Shown here: piece after piece, positions 6,092 through 15,239 of the stretch | Numbering within the stretch: position 1 is the stretch's first letter | How the letters are laid out: the number at the start of each line of letters is the position of its first letter | Notes under the pieces: model-generated | The model's database searches: none | The model's input: only the letters and a program-made list of their open reading frames with translations | What the model was told of the DNA's origin: nothing | Program-made: the position numbers and the translations under genes | DNA from: a virus | Reading direction: 5' to 3' (one strand) | DNA length: 35,601 nucleotides | Virus record (IMG/VR): IMGVR_UViG_3300045988_153050 | Location: 1-35,601 of that record

Positions 6092-6366
6092 TATAAATCT
6101 CCATCCTTTCTGTAATAGCCGAAGCCGTGGTCCTGCATGTAATAGTATTCAATGGGGAATAGCGTCTCACTGATAGCCTTAATGTCGGCCTGTAACGTGG
6201 TCCGTTTTGCACCCCTACCGTATGCCGTGTCGAGTACGTCCAACAACTCCGTCAACGTCACGGGGTTGTCCTTGTCGGTCTCCTTGTATAGGATTTTTGC
6301 TAGTAGCAATATCCGCTCCCGGTAGGGGATGATAGTATCCCGGTCCCGGCGTGGTTTCTGCCTCAT
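6091..6366 (-). CDS. Winged-helix (DeoR/YafY-N-terminal-like) DNA-binding protein, tentative
   Basis: Start refined to MRQKPRR (ATGA overlap with the upstream stop). Pattern RERILLLAKIL....VTLTELLDVL....KRTTLQADIKAI. Confidence 0.4.
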   Translation of the reverse strand: MRQKPRRDRDTIIPYRERILLLAKILYKETDKDNPVTLTELLDVLDTAYGRGAKRTTLQADIKAISETLFPIEYYYMQDHGFGYYRKDGDL

Positions 6367-6644
6367 GGTGCCACCCCTTTCATTTTTGCGCCGCAGTTGG
6401 GGCAGTAAGTTGTACAATTCCGGTGGGTCAATTTACAGCTAGAACACGGATACCCATTACAAATGGGTTTGTAACAACCCCATTCTCCCCGTCTCACCGG
6501 TGCCACATCGACGGCAGGCTGCTCGTCGATATCTCGCATTATCGCTCTAACGTCGTCGGAGTACACGTTATACCCCCGCCACGTCCCAGCCGGATGGTCC
6601 TCCAATATTTTAAGCACGGTTTTTCGATCTAGGTATTCACTCAT
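6363..6644 (-). CDS. Hypothetical protein with a C-terminal Cys-rich zinc ribbon
   Basis: Start refined to MSEYLDRK (ATGA overlap). C-terminus reads CNGYPCSSC......CPNCGAKM. Confidence 0.55.
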   Translation of the reverse strand: MSEYLDRKTVLKILEDHPAGTWRGYNVYSDDVRAIMRDIDEQPAVDVAPVRRGEWGCYKPICNGYPCSSCKLTHRNCTTYCPNCGAKMKGVAP

Positions 6645-7153
6645 TTTTCGCAAGGCTCCATTTCGTGGCACTGCCCGCCGTGGTAGCCGCACATAGGCAC
6701 CAGCAGGCCCTTAAATTCGGGGCATTTTGCCAGAACCGCCTTGCACATTTTTAGTACAACCGCACGGGTCTCAGGGGCGGCTTTTGTGCAGAGACGCTTG
6801 TTAGCAATAGTCATAAGCTCCTCTGCGTTCATGTCCCAAATCATGCTCACCGGGGCATCCTGCGGGGCGCTGTTCCGGTCGTAGGCGTCCTGTCTGTCGT
6901 TGCGCTGAGATTTTACATAGGGCTGTGCATGGATATGCCGGGCCAGGTGGACAGACAACCAGTAGGGCATATCCGTTGACAGGAATGAGAAACGCAGGTA
7001 CCGGATAGGGCTGTGCCGCGCTTCCAGGATTTTCCGCCGCCACTCCATCGAGGGCGGGCTGACGGGGTTAAGCCCCACCGTCACCAGCGCCCGACGTTTT
7101 ACCTCCCACCAGTCCCGTTCCTGGGGCCACTCTAACAGATGGATACTACTCAT
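6641..7153 (-). CDS. Short ThyX-like (flavin-dependent thymidylate synthase fold) protein, 170 aa
   Basis: ARHSPIRYLRFSF....HLARHIHAQPYVKSQRN aligns with the ThyX GHxSxxEH..F.F....RHRxxxxxxxSxRY core, with RHR changed to RHI. The MIWDMNAEELMTIANKRL segment also aligns. AGGAGG RBS. Confidence 0.65.
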   Translation of the reverse strand: MSSIHLLEWPQERDWWEVKRRALVTVGLNPVSPPSMEWRRKILEARHSPIRYLRFSFLSTDMPYWLSVHLARHIHAQPYVKSQRNDRQDAYDRNSAPQDAPVSMIWDMNAEELMTIANKRLCTKAAPETRAVVLKMCKAVLAKCPEFKGLLVPMCGYHGGQCHEMEPCEK

Positions 7154-8511
7154 ACCTGTTTACCTCCTGTTACCTCTAATTTCAGGGCGTTAATCGCGCC
7201 TGTCTGCCCAAAATCCTTGTCCCGCAGTGCTTTTAGTACCCGGCTGTCGTGTGTACCGGCTAGCATTAGGTGGTACACATGGCACACGTTCTGCTGTCCT
7301 GGGCGGTTTAACCGTTCGTTGGCCTGCTGGTACAGCTCTAGGCTCCAGGGCAGACCAAACCAGATAATGATATGCCCGCCGTATTGCAGATTTAGCCCGT
7401 GCCCGATGCTGGCCGGGTGGGCCAGGGCTACGGGGATTTCCCCCCGGTTCCATGCCTCTATATCCGCCGGAGTGTCGAGCGCCCGGCACGGTATGCGCCG
7501 CCGGATACGTTCGGCATCGTGTTTATAGCTGTACAGCACTAGCACGCTGTCCCCACCGGCCCGCTCTACCAGCTCCTCCAGGGCTTCCAGTTTTAGCGAG
7601 TGGATGCTGTGGGTCTGGCCGTCGGTGTCATAGATTGCACCGTTCGCAAACTGTAACAACTTGTTACTAAGTGCAGCGGCGGACGTGGCCACGATCTGCC
7701 CGTCTCCGTCCATGCACTCCATCACCTGCTCCCGCTCAAACTGTCTGTATTGCCTCATTAGATCGGGCGGGGCGGGTAGCAGAATGTCATGGTAGGTTTG
7801 GCCTGGAAGGGAAATCACGTCTTCCTTTTTTATCGACATACATATATCAGAAATAAGGCCGTAGACCTCTTCTTCCGCCCCAGGCCTGGGCCGGTAGCTG
7901 TACACGATAGGCCCGTTGGACTTGTCGGGCAGCAGGTAGTCCCGCCGGAACTGGGTGAGTGTGCGGCCCAGTCTCCGGCCACCGTCCAGCAGGTACAGTT
8001 CCGGCCACAGGTCAGCTAGGCCGTTCGGGCGGGGTGTACCAGTCAGCCCGATAACGCGGCGCATACGCCGCCGAACCTGTTTCAACGCTTTCCAACGCTT
8101 GGCCTGGGCCGATTTGAAGCTAGAGAGTTCGTCAATAACAACTATCGGGAACTTCCAGACTTTGGACTGCTCACACAACCAAACCACGTTTTCCCGGTTG
8201 GTAACGTAAATATCAGCGGGGCGGGCCAGAGCGTCGAGCCGTTCACGGGCCGAACCGGTGACACGGGATACTCGCAGGTGTCGCAGATGCTCCCATTTTG
8301 CGCACTCGGTAGACCAGGTATTTTCTGCCACCCGTTTAGGGGCTATCACCAGCGCGGGGCCATCCTCCATTAGATCATAGAGGATTTCGTTCAGGGCGGT
8401 TAGCGTGGTGACGGTTTTCCCGCTGCCCATGCCCCAAAACAGGGCACAGGCAGGGCGGGAAACTACCCAATCAATTCCGGCGCGTTGGTGGGGGTAGGGA
8501 GTAAATTTCAT
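7150..8511 (-). CDS. SNF2-family DEAD/H helicase
   Basis: Start refined to MKFTPYPHQ (ATGA overlap). Walker A GMGSGKT, DELS box, and C-terminal helicase motifs (GLNLQ). Confidence 0.85.
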   Translation of the reverse strand: MKFTPYPHQRAGIDWVVSRPACALFWGMGSGKTVTTLTALNEILYDLMEDGPALVIAPKRVAENTWSTECAKWEHLRHLRVSRVTGSARERLDALARPADIYVTNRENVVWLCEQSKVWKFPIVVIDELSSFKSAQAKRWKALKQVRRRMRRVIGLTGTPRPNGLADLWPELYLLDGGRRLGRTLTQFRRDYLLPDKSNGPIVYSYRPRPGAEEEVYGLISDICMSIKKEDVISLPGQTYHDILLPAPPDLMRQYRQFEREQVMECMDGDGQIVATSAAALSNKLLQFANGAIYDTDGQTHSIHSLKLEALEELVERAGGDSVLVLYSYKHDAERIRRRIPCRALDTPADIEAWNRGEIPVALAHPASIGHGLNLQYGGHIIIWFGLPWSLELYQQANERLNRPGQQNVCHVYHLMLAGTHDSRVLKALRDKDFGQTGAINALKLEVTGGKQV

Positions 8512-8801
8512 GTGCTGTTTCCCCCCAACTTGTACTTCACAAAATCCTGCAAATCCTGTTCTGTCCAGATGCACCAGTAATCAAACTCCATGGCGATTAG
8601 GGTAGAGGCCCACCAGCGCTGTAAGGCGGACCGTCGCCCGCCCTTGGGCCGTTTCATCTCAACAAAAATCACACGGCCGCCGGGCAATAGTACGATTCGG
8701 TCCGGCACTCCCGCCGCGCCGGGGCTGGTCCATTTGAGACAATACCCCCCGGCGGCTTTTACCTGGCGTGTGAGCCGTGCTTCCAACTCGCGTTCTAACA
8801 T
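8508..8801 (-). CDS. VRR-NUC domain nuclease
   Basis: Start refined to MLERELE (TAATG overlap with the primase stop). GVPDRIVLLPGGRVIFVEMKRPKG matches the PD-(D/E)xK VRR-NUC core. Confidence 0.8.
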   Translation of the reverse strand: MLERELEARLTRQVKAAGGYCLKWTSPGAAGVPDRIVLLPGGRVIFVEMKRPKGGRRSALQRWWASTLIAMEFDYWCIWTEQDLQDFVKYKLGGNST

Positions 8802-11185
8802 TACAGCGCCCCCTTCCGCTTGAAATACCGCTGTCTCCCGTAGGGTTTCACTGTGATCTTCAGGTTCCCGCAGGCCCGCCAACCCGGAATTTTGCCCATG
8901 ATAGCCCGAACTTTCATACCAGCGTAGCGGTCGAACTTCCGGGGGTCTCCGTCCAGGGCTTCCGCCCAGATTTCGGCGGTGCAGACTGTCTCACGGCGGA
9001 CGGTTCCCTCCGCGCTCGATTCCAGCCATTGACGGCGATCAAACAGGTCTTTCTCTTCCCAATCTGTGGGGAGTAGGCGCTCCAAAAACTCAGCCACAAG
9101 GCCAACGTGGGGGTCTTCTTCCTCAAACCCTTCCTGTACCTGTCGGGCCTGCTCTTCCAGCTCGCGGGACAGGTACAGCGTCTCTCCCGCCTGGTAGTAG
9201 TGGCGGGCTTCCGCCCATACCTGTTTTACCGTCTCAGCGTCCAGGTCTACCCACATGTCACGGGCCGGGTCGTTGGGTGTTGCTACCACCCAGAAACGAC
9301 GATTACCTGTGCTGTCCCGGAGAAACTGCATCTCGTTGGTAGTACCTATAAAAATGCACTGCCTGGGGAAATCCTGGATGCGTCGCCCGTAGGCTGGGCG
9401 GTACCGGTCTGAGGCCTTGGAGATAAACTGCTTTACGGCGTTGCTCTCTGCGATACGCATACCGGCCAACTCTCCGACCTCCATAATCCACACGCCCACC
9501 AGCTGCTCATAGGCCTCTTTACCCGTTACCGTGGTAAGCGTGTCGGAGTACCACGGCCCGCCTAGTTTGGCGATAATGGCGGATTTGCCCAGGCCTTGCC
9601 GCCCCTGTAAGGTCAGCATGTAATCAAATTTACAGCCAGGGTTGTAGATTCGGGCCACAGCTGCAACCAAGGTCTTGCGGGTCACGGCGCGGGTATACTC
9701 GGTATCCTCTGCGCCCAGGTAGTCCACTAACAGGGTGTCCGCACGGGGCACGCCGTCCCAACTGCACCCGGCCAGGTAGTCCCGGATGGGGTGGAACCGG
9801 TTGACCTGTGCGACTACGTTCACCGCGTCAAAAATCCGGTCTTTGCTGGTCAGCCCGTACAACTGCTCTAGGTAGAGCCTCAGCTGTGCATCGTCTGCGT
9901 CTACCCAGGGGCTTTCTTTGCCCACGTCCCGCCACGGGAGACGTTTTACCGCGACGATGTTGTTTTGCAGTTCGTTCAGGGCGATACAGCCCACTAGATC
10001 GGGGTCGTTGGACAACACCGTTACGGCATTCTCGATGGACTGCACCAGAACACCCTTATCCGTCATTTTCAGCTTGTCCGTCCAGTTCGGGGCGGTCGAG
10101 CTGTCGGGGGCGGGTGAGCTGTCCAGCGTGTCGAACACGTCCGCCTCTGTCCGCCGGTCTTCCAGGATTTGGGCCTTTACCCGGCTATCGTCGCTTGCAT
10201 AGCTGCACATGGCTTTGTAGCTGGGCCGTTGGTTGGCCGGGGTGTCTGGGTCTGTGTCATCGTCCAGCGGGCCGTATTTGTGGATGCGTACCAGGTCCCA
10301 GGCGTTGCACAGCTGGCCGCTGGCCGGGTCTGTGGCGTGGTGGGAGAACGAAAACTTATCATCGTAGACGATCACACCCGCCGCCGTCGAACCGCCTGCG
10401 TAGGTGTACCGGTCCGGCACGTCACAGGGGACGTACTCAGGCACAAACGCCGCGATTGCGTCCCGGATACTATACGCCCTGCAAAATGCACCGACTAGGC
10501 CGGGTTTGTCGAGCGGGTCAGCCTGCTTCTTAGCGGCCCGGCGGACTATACCCGCCTGCCTACTAGACATAGGCCATGCGGACACGTCGCGCCAATCCCG
10601 ATACAGGGCTAATATATTGTCAGGGTTGAGAAACAGGGCGTCATAGCTGTAAAATATGTACTCTCCATCCCGGCTAGTGCTAGGCCAGTACATAAGGCGC
10701 TCAGGCTGGTATGTGGTATCGTCAAACTTGTCGATGCCTAAAATATCAGCTATCTTCCGGCCTATGGCCTGGTACTCATCCGGGGACACGTCACGGGCCA
10801 GAGGAATCACCAGGCGCAGGCGGGGGTTTTCGGGGGTGTGCTTGTGTGTGCTGTACACCGCCCCGGCGCAGGCGATCTGATTGCAATAATCGCCCCACAG
10901 AGTAGTATCTGCATAATCAGCATCCAGGCACAGCACAGAGCGGCTTTCCACGTCCGAACGCCGCCCGTTCGGGCAGTACCCACCGACAAACCCGCCAACA
11001 TCCTTGATCTCGGCCTGCCTGTCCCGGCTGGCCGCCTTGTACTCTGCTACGGTCTCAGGTGTGCGGACGGTGTCGGACAGGCGGGACAATAACTCGCTCC
11101 ACGGTATGGTGATATTCTTCCATTTTTTGGTTTTCCGGCTGCTACCTGTCGCAATAGCAAGAAGCCAATCATGTGCTAGTCCCAT
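8801..11185 (-). CDS. DNA primase/helicase (VirE-N-like primase domain plus VirE P-loop NTPase), 794 aa
   Basis: Walker A GRQGLGKS in a VirE-like C-terminal half. Sits in the conserved DUF2800/DUF2815/PolA/VirE/VRR-NUC/SNF2 replication module. Confidence 0.75.
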   Translation of the reverse strand: MGLAHDWLLAIATGSSRKTKKWKNITIPWSELLSRLSDTVRTPETVAEYKAASRDRQAEIKDVGGFVGGYCPNGRRSDVESRSVLCLDADYADTTLWGDYCNQIACAGAVYSTHKHTPENPRLRLVIPLARDVSPDEYQAIGRKIADILGIDKFDDTTYQPERLMYWPSTSRDGEYIFYSYDALFLNPDNILALYRDWRDVSAWPMSSRQAGIVRRAAKKQADPLDKPGLVGAFCRAYSIRDAIAAFVPEYVPCDVPDRYTYAGGSTAAGVIVYDDKFSFSHHATDPASGQLCNAWDLVRIHKYGPLDDDTDPDTPANQRPSYKAMCSYASDDSRVKAQILEDRRTEADVFDTLDSSPAPDSSTAPNWTDKLKMTDKGVLVQSIENAVTVLSNDPDLVGCIALNELQNNIVAVKRLPWRDVGKESPWVDADDAQLRLYLEQLYGLTSKDRIFDAVNVVAQVNRFHPIRDYLAGCSWDGVPRADTLLVDYLGAEDTEYTRAVTRKTLVAAVARIYNPGCKFDYMLTLQGRQGLGKSAIIAKLGGPWYSDTLTTVTGKEAYEQLVGVWIMEVGELAGMRIAESNAVKQFISKASDRYRPAYGRRIQDFPRQCIFIGTTNEMQFLRDSTGNRRFWVVATPNDPARDMWVDLDAETVKQVWAEARHYYQAGETLYLSRELEEQARQVQEGFEEEDPHVGLVAEFLERLLPTDWEEKDLFDRRQWLESSAEGTVRRETVCTAEIWAEALDGDPRKFDRYAGMKVRAIMGKIPGWRACGNLKITVKPYGRQRYFKRKGAL

Positions 11186-11189
11186 TTAA

Positions 11190-13148
11190 TCAGTCCTTCA
11201 TATAGAATGGTGTTTCATACCCGTCACCGCGCAATAATAGGCCGGGTGCCCAGTCAATGGGTTGGCCCATGATCTCGGCCACGTCCTGCCACGTCCGCCA
11301 CCCTACCGGTTCCTCCACTATCACCTCATCGTGGACGGTGAATAGCGTTTGAAAACCAGCATCATCAAGCCGAAGCAGTGCAATGGCCAGACAGTCACGG
11401 GCCACGGCCTGGACGATATTCTCTACCAGTTTGCCGCCCCATGTCTCCGTCCGCTCCCATTTCCGTGTAGTCTGGTTCTGACCCATGTAGTACAGGTGTC
11501 CGTCTGGGCCTATGTTCGCACCCCAGTAGGACAGGATACGGCCACTAGGCAGTTTGCACCGCAGCGCGTCCGCGTCCCGACGATATTTCACCCCGCAGGG
11601 CTGGACGGAAAACGTTTTGCCGGGGTGGGCCAGCGCAGACCGGGCGGCCCGCTCGGTCGCGGACCAGAAACGGGGGATAGTGGGGGATGCCCGCCGCCAA
11701 TGCTGGACGATGGTTTGCATCTCATCCTCCGACAAGCCCATTTTGTCCGCCCCAAACGCTTTCAATGCCCCCACGCCGCCGCCATAACCGCAAGCCAGTT
11801 CAGCGATCTTTCCCTTTTGGCGCAGGTGACCGTTTACGCCGTGCTTGACAACCGGCACATGGAACATCTGAGAGGCAGAACTGCAATAGATGTCCCCACC
11901 TTGGGCGAAAACATCCATCCGCCATTGCTCCCCGGCCATCCACGCCACGACGCGGGCCTCAATCGCTGAATAGTCGGCCACCAGGAACGTATGCCCCGGT
12001 TTAGCTATCAGGGCCGTGCGGATGAGCTGGGACAACACGTCTGGCACGCTGTCATAGGCCAACTCTAACGTCTCCAGGTCACGGGCACGGACTAACTCTC
12101 TCACAGTGCCGATATTGTCCAGGTGGTTCTGTGCCAGGTTTTGCAGCTGTACCCGCCGCCCGGCCCATCGGCCAGTCCGGGCCGCTCCGTAGTATTGGAG
12201 CAAGCCCCGGATTCGATGGTCCGCACAGGCCGCGTCTAAGATTGCCTGGTATTTTTTGGTAGAGGTTTTGCCTGTCAGCTGTCGCAGTTCCAGCACCCGG
12301 CGGGTGCTTGGGTCTGTCACAGTGCCCAACAGTTCGGACACGGTGGCCTTGTTCAGGCTGTCCACGTTGACATTTTTAGCCGCAAGCCACGCCTTGAGCT
12401 GGGCCACGCTTCCGGGGTTGTCCAGCCCGGTGATCTCCTGCATTTCTGCCACGTTTTGAGCGCGGGACCGTTCGTCGATTGCTACGGCGGACTCAGCTAG
12501 TTCCATGTCCACCAGTACGCCCCTTTCGTTTATGTGGGCGTCCAACGCCTCTAACCGGTGCTCCCATTCCGGGACGGGAAACGACGCTAACCGGTCATAG
12601 ATCGTCTGCTCGACGGCGGTATCACGGACGCAGTACTCTTTGAACAACTCCCACTTGTCGGGGGCGTGTTCGGGAAGGTTCCGCGTCCGCCCCCCGTTGG
12701 AGATGGTGGGCTTGCAAGGCATACAGAAATACCTGATAAGCGCTTTACCTGTTGCAAGCTTCTGTTCGCTGAGTTGCAGGGCCGCGCCCGCCGCGTCGAG
12801 CGACATAGGCAGGCCGTTCATGGCGGCGATAGTCATAGCGTCCCGCCACTGTTCGGGCGGGGTGTAGATGCCCAAGGCCGCGTTGAGACAGTTCCGCTCA
12901 AATGATACATTCCAGGCGATTTTAGTAATCGCATGGTCTGTCAGCGCGTGGGCTAACCAGTCCGGGGGGCCGCTCTGGGTAAAATCCCAGAGCTGGACCG
13001 GCCCACCGTCCCAAGCGTAGGACATAAGCAGAATCTCAAAGTCCGGCGCTTCGGTGTACTTTTTTACCCCGCCACGGGGCAGGTCAGCACTGGAAAACGT
13101 CTCTAAGTCCAGCACTAACCGAGAATGCGGCTCATTTCGTGAAATCAT
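11190..13148 (-). CDS. polA: Family A DNA polymerase with a 3'-5' exonuclease domain
   Basis: Exo I LVLDLETFS; pol motif A DYSAIEARV, motif B RQKGKIAELACGYGGG, motif C VHDEV. Start at 13148 is preferred (GGAAGGTG RBS); 13166 is also possible. Confidence 0.85.
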   Translation of the reverse strand: MISRNEPHSRLVLDLETFSSADLPRGGVKKYTEAPDFEILLMSYAWDGGPVQLWDFTQSGPPDWLAHALTDHAITKIAWNVSFERNCLNAALGIYTPPEQWRDAMTIAAMNGLPMSLDAAGAALQLSEQKLATGKALIRYFCMPCKPTISNGGRTRNLPEHAPDKWELFKEYCVRDTAVEQTIYDRLASFPVPEWEHRLEALDAHINERGVLVDMELAESAVAIDERSRAQNVAEMQEITGLDNPGSVAQLKAWLAAKNVNVDSLNKATVSELLGTVTDPSTRRVLELRQLTGKTSTKKYQAILDAACADHRIRGLLQYYGAARTGRWAGRRVQLQNLAQNHLDNIGTVRELVRARDLETLELAYDSVPDVLSQLIRTALIAKPGHTFLVADYSAIEARVVAWMAGEQWRMDVFAQGGDIYCSSASQMFHVPVVKHGVNGHLRQKGKIAELACGYGGGVGALKAFGADKMGLSEDEMQTIVQHWRRASPTIPRFWSATERAARSALAHPGKTFSVQPCGVKYRRDADALRCKLPSGRILSYWGANIGPDGHLYYMGQNQTTRKWERTETWGGKLVENIVQAVARDCLAIALLRLDDAGFQTLFTVHDEVIVEEPVGWRTWQDVAEIMGQPIDWAPGLLLRGDGYETPFYMKD

Positions 13149-13695
13149 CGTCACCTTCCAGGTCATCGAAGTCGCTCAAGGCGTCGGTTCCGAAGCGTTC
13201 ACCATCTTTCACGAACTGCACCCCGTTCAAGTAGGCTTTCACACCGCGCTTGACTTTGCCGTACTCGTAGGGGGCGGCGGCCAGGGATGCGTTGACATAG
13301 CAGCCGGAATAGATCACTCCATCCTCGGCGGTCAGCGCTTCCTTCCGACGGCCCACGACAACGGGGCGGCGGGTGCTGTTGGCTTCCAGAATATAGCAGC
13401 CTGCATAGGCAGGATTTTTCTCTGCCAGGACCTCACCCATGCTGTCGGTCTGCACGTCGGCGTCCTTGAGACTGCAAGTAAAGCCCTTGGGCCACTCGGT
13501 GCCCTTGAAGGAATTGGGGTACTTCTCGGTCCCCGCCGCACGGAAAGCAGCCTTGACCTTGTCAAGGTCCGCGTGATGCTTGGAAATGATGAACGTGGCG
13601 GAATACTTTGCATCCTGACTGTCGTCAAACGCGGTGGGGGTGAAGATGTGCTCATAGCTCAGGCGCACGTTACGCAGCATAATTTTTACACTCAT
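13132..13695 (-). CDS. DUF2815-family protein (T7 gp2.5-like single-strand DNA-binding protein)
   Basis: Start refined to MSVKIMLRNVRLSY (GGAGAC RBS). Acidic C-terminal tail DFDDLEGDDDF is typical of phage SSBs. Module context supports the call. Confidence 0.7.
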   Translation of the reverse strand: MSVKIMLRNVRLSYEHIFTPTAFDDSQDAKYSATFIISKHHADLDKVKAAFRAAGTEKYPNSFKGTEWPKGFTCSLKDADVQTDSMGEVLAEKNPAYAGCYILEANSTRRPVVVGRRKEALTAEDGVIYSGCYVNASLAAAPYEYGKVKRGVKAYLNGVQFVKDGERFGTDALSDFDDLEGDDDFTK

Positions 13696-13708
13696 GGTAT
13701 AGTCTCCT

Positions 13709-14815
13709 TTAGTCAATATTGTCGAAGTCGTTCGCGGGGTCATAGGGCGGGCGTTTGTCGCTTTCCGGTACCAGAATAGGCGCACCGGGGGACCGCTCGA
13801 TCTGGCCCGCCAACAGTTCAGCGGCCTTTCTCTTGCCCACCAGTTTGTCAACACCGGCGGGGCTGAGTAGGTGGGTCTCCGTGGTCTCTGCCCGGTCGTA
13901 GCCCGCCGCGTCCAGGATGTGCAGGGCCTCCATCTCATCTTTCCATTTGCGATTGCCCTGTCTACCCTCAACGGCTTTCCATCCGGGGGCGGGCTTACCA
14001 TCTAATGCCATGGCCAGGGCACGGGTTTTTACCCGTCTGAGCCACAGAGAGATAAGCGGCTCCTGCTCCAGGATTTGGGCCACCTCTTGCGGGGCCAAAA
14101 CGGGTATCTCTACGTCGTACCCGTCCACCAACCGCGTACAGGTCTGGGTCAGCTCCCGGCACTCTCCCGCGTGGGGACAGAATTTGCACCAGTCCCCGGC
14201 GTGGTACTCCCCGCCGCCCTGAGCGGCAACAGCGGCAATCTCTCGCACACTGTCCGCCCATTTGAGCAGGTCTTGGGTTGGTACCTCACACACGCTGACA
14301 TTGTTAATCCTGGGCTGATAGATGTGCAGGCGCACGGTCTGCACGTCCACGGCTAGGCCGTAGTCGTTCAGAGCACCCAGGCCGTACAACATGAGTTGCG
14401 GGTTGCACACCGCATTAACAGGTACTCCCTTACCGTATTTGTAGTCGATCACGTCCAGGGTATCGCCCTGCAACAGGATACAGTCGCAGGTACCAAACCC
14501 GCCGGGGACCCAGTCGGAGAAATCCACTCTCTGCTCTAGCAGCAGGTGGTAATCCTCCCCGTTGGTCTGCTCCCAAATATAGCCCTTGTACCCAGCGGCA
14601 CAGTCTAGCATCTCTTGGGTAATCTCAGGGTTATCCTCCGGGGGGATGCCCCGTGCTACCGCCTCTGCCACCTCATGGGCCAGTGTACCCTCAGCGGCAA
14701 ACTCGCTTGTCTCGCGGGGGTACAACTCAGCGGCCACGGCGGACGGCGGACAGTTGAGCCACCGGTGGGCGCTGGATGCCGACAGTAATGCGTGCGCCCG
14801 TTCTGCGTGTCCCAT
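13709..14815 (-). CDS. DUF2800-family PD-(D/E)xK (Cas4-like) nuclease
   Basis: Start refined to MGHAERAHALLSASSAHRWLNCP. Conserved N-terminal SxxxRWxxCP and a C-terminal Cys cluster CKFCPHAGEC. Confidence 0.75.
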   Translation of the reverse strand: MGHAERAHALLSASSAHRWLNCPPSAVAAELYPRETSEFAAEGTLAHEVAEAVARGIPPEDNPEITQEMLDCAAGYKGYIWEQTNGEDYHLLLEQRVDFSDWVPGGFGTCDCILLQGDTLDVIDYKYGKGVPVNAVCNPQLMLYGLGALNDYGLAVDVQTVRLHIYQPRINNVSVCEVPTQDLLKWADSVREIAAVAAQGGGEYHAGDWCKFCPHAGECRELTQTCTRLVDGYDVEIPVLAPQEVAQILEQEPLISLWLRRVKTRALAMALDGKPAPGWKAVEGRQGNRKWKDEMEALHILDAAGYDRAETTETHLLSPAGVDKLVGKRKAAELLAGQIERSPGAPILVPESDKRPPYDPANDFDNID

Positions 14816-14816
14816 G

Positions 14817-15239
14817 TCAATTTCCCCCCTCATGCGTCCGGCGTACTGCATCGAGCGCGGTAAACACGGCGTCCAGGTCTGCGTCCGGGATAGCTGAGAC
14901 ACGCGGGGCGTATCGCTGGACGATCTCGCGGGCCTCTGCCTTGTGGCCCTGCGAGGCCAAAGTGATTACCAGGTCCTGCACCATGCCATGTGTGGCGTGT
15001 TGCGTCTCTGCGCCGTCCTGCGTCTCTGCGCTGTCCTGCGTGTCCTGTGCGGGCTGTTCCGTCTCAGGGCCACTGGTTACAGGTGTGGGCGCGTCGTGCG
15101 TCTCAGGGTCCTTCTTGCCGGGCTGGGCGAGTTCGGGCGGGTTGAACGGTGTCCCGACGGCTTGTAGGGCCGTGAGAATCGCGTCCAGCCGGGCGCGGTC
15201 TTCCGCGCACAGCTCAATAGTGAGATTCAGATTATTCAT
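14817..15239 (-). CDS. Hypothetical acidic protein with a tandem ETQD(S/G)A linker
   Basis: ATGA overlap with the methyltransferase stop. An 18-bp tandem repeat at 15001-15045 encodes the linker. Confidence 0.6.
   Translation of the reverse strand: MNNLNLTIELCAEDRARLDAILTALQAVGTPFNPPELAQPGKKDPETHDAPTPVTSGPETEQPAQDTQDSAETQDGAETQHATHGMVQDLVITLASQGHKAEAREIVQRYAPRVSAIPDADLDAVFTALDAVRRTHEGGN

Noticed and set aside
13709-14902. Long N-terminal extensions given by the ORF track for several minus-strand genes (13709-14902, 13132-14001, 7150-8574, 8508-8882, 16697-17044, 16963-17286, 3485-3901, 17387-17824)
   Set aside because: Internal ATG or TTG starts have good RBSs and give ATGA or TAATG coupling with the upstream stop. 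The extensions overlap neighbouring genes or promoter elements.
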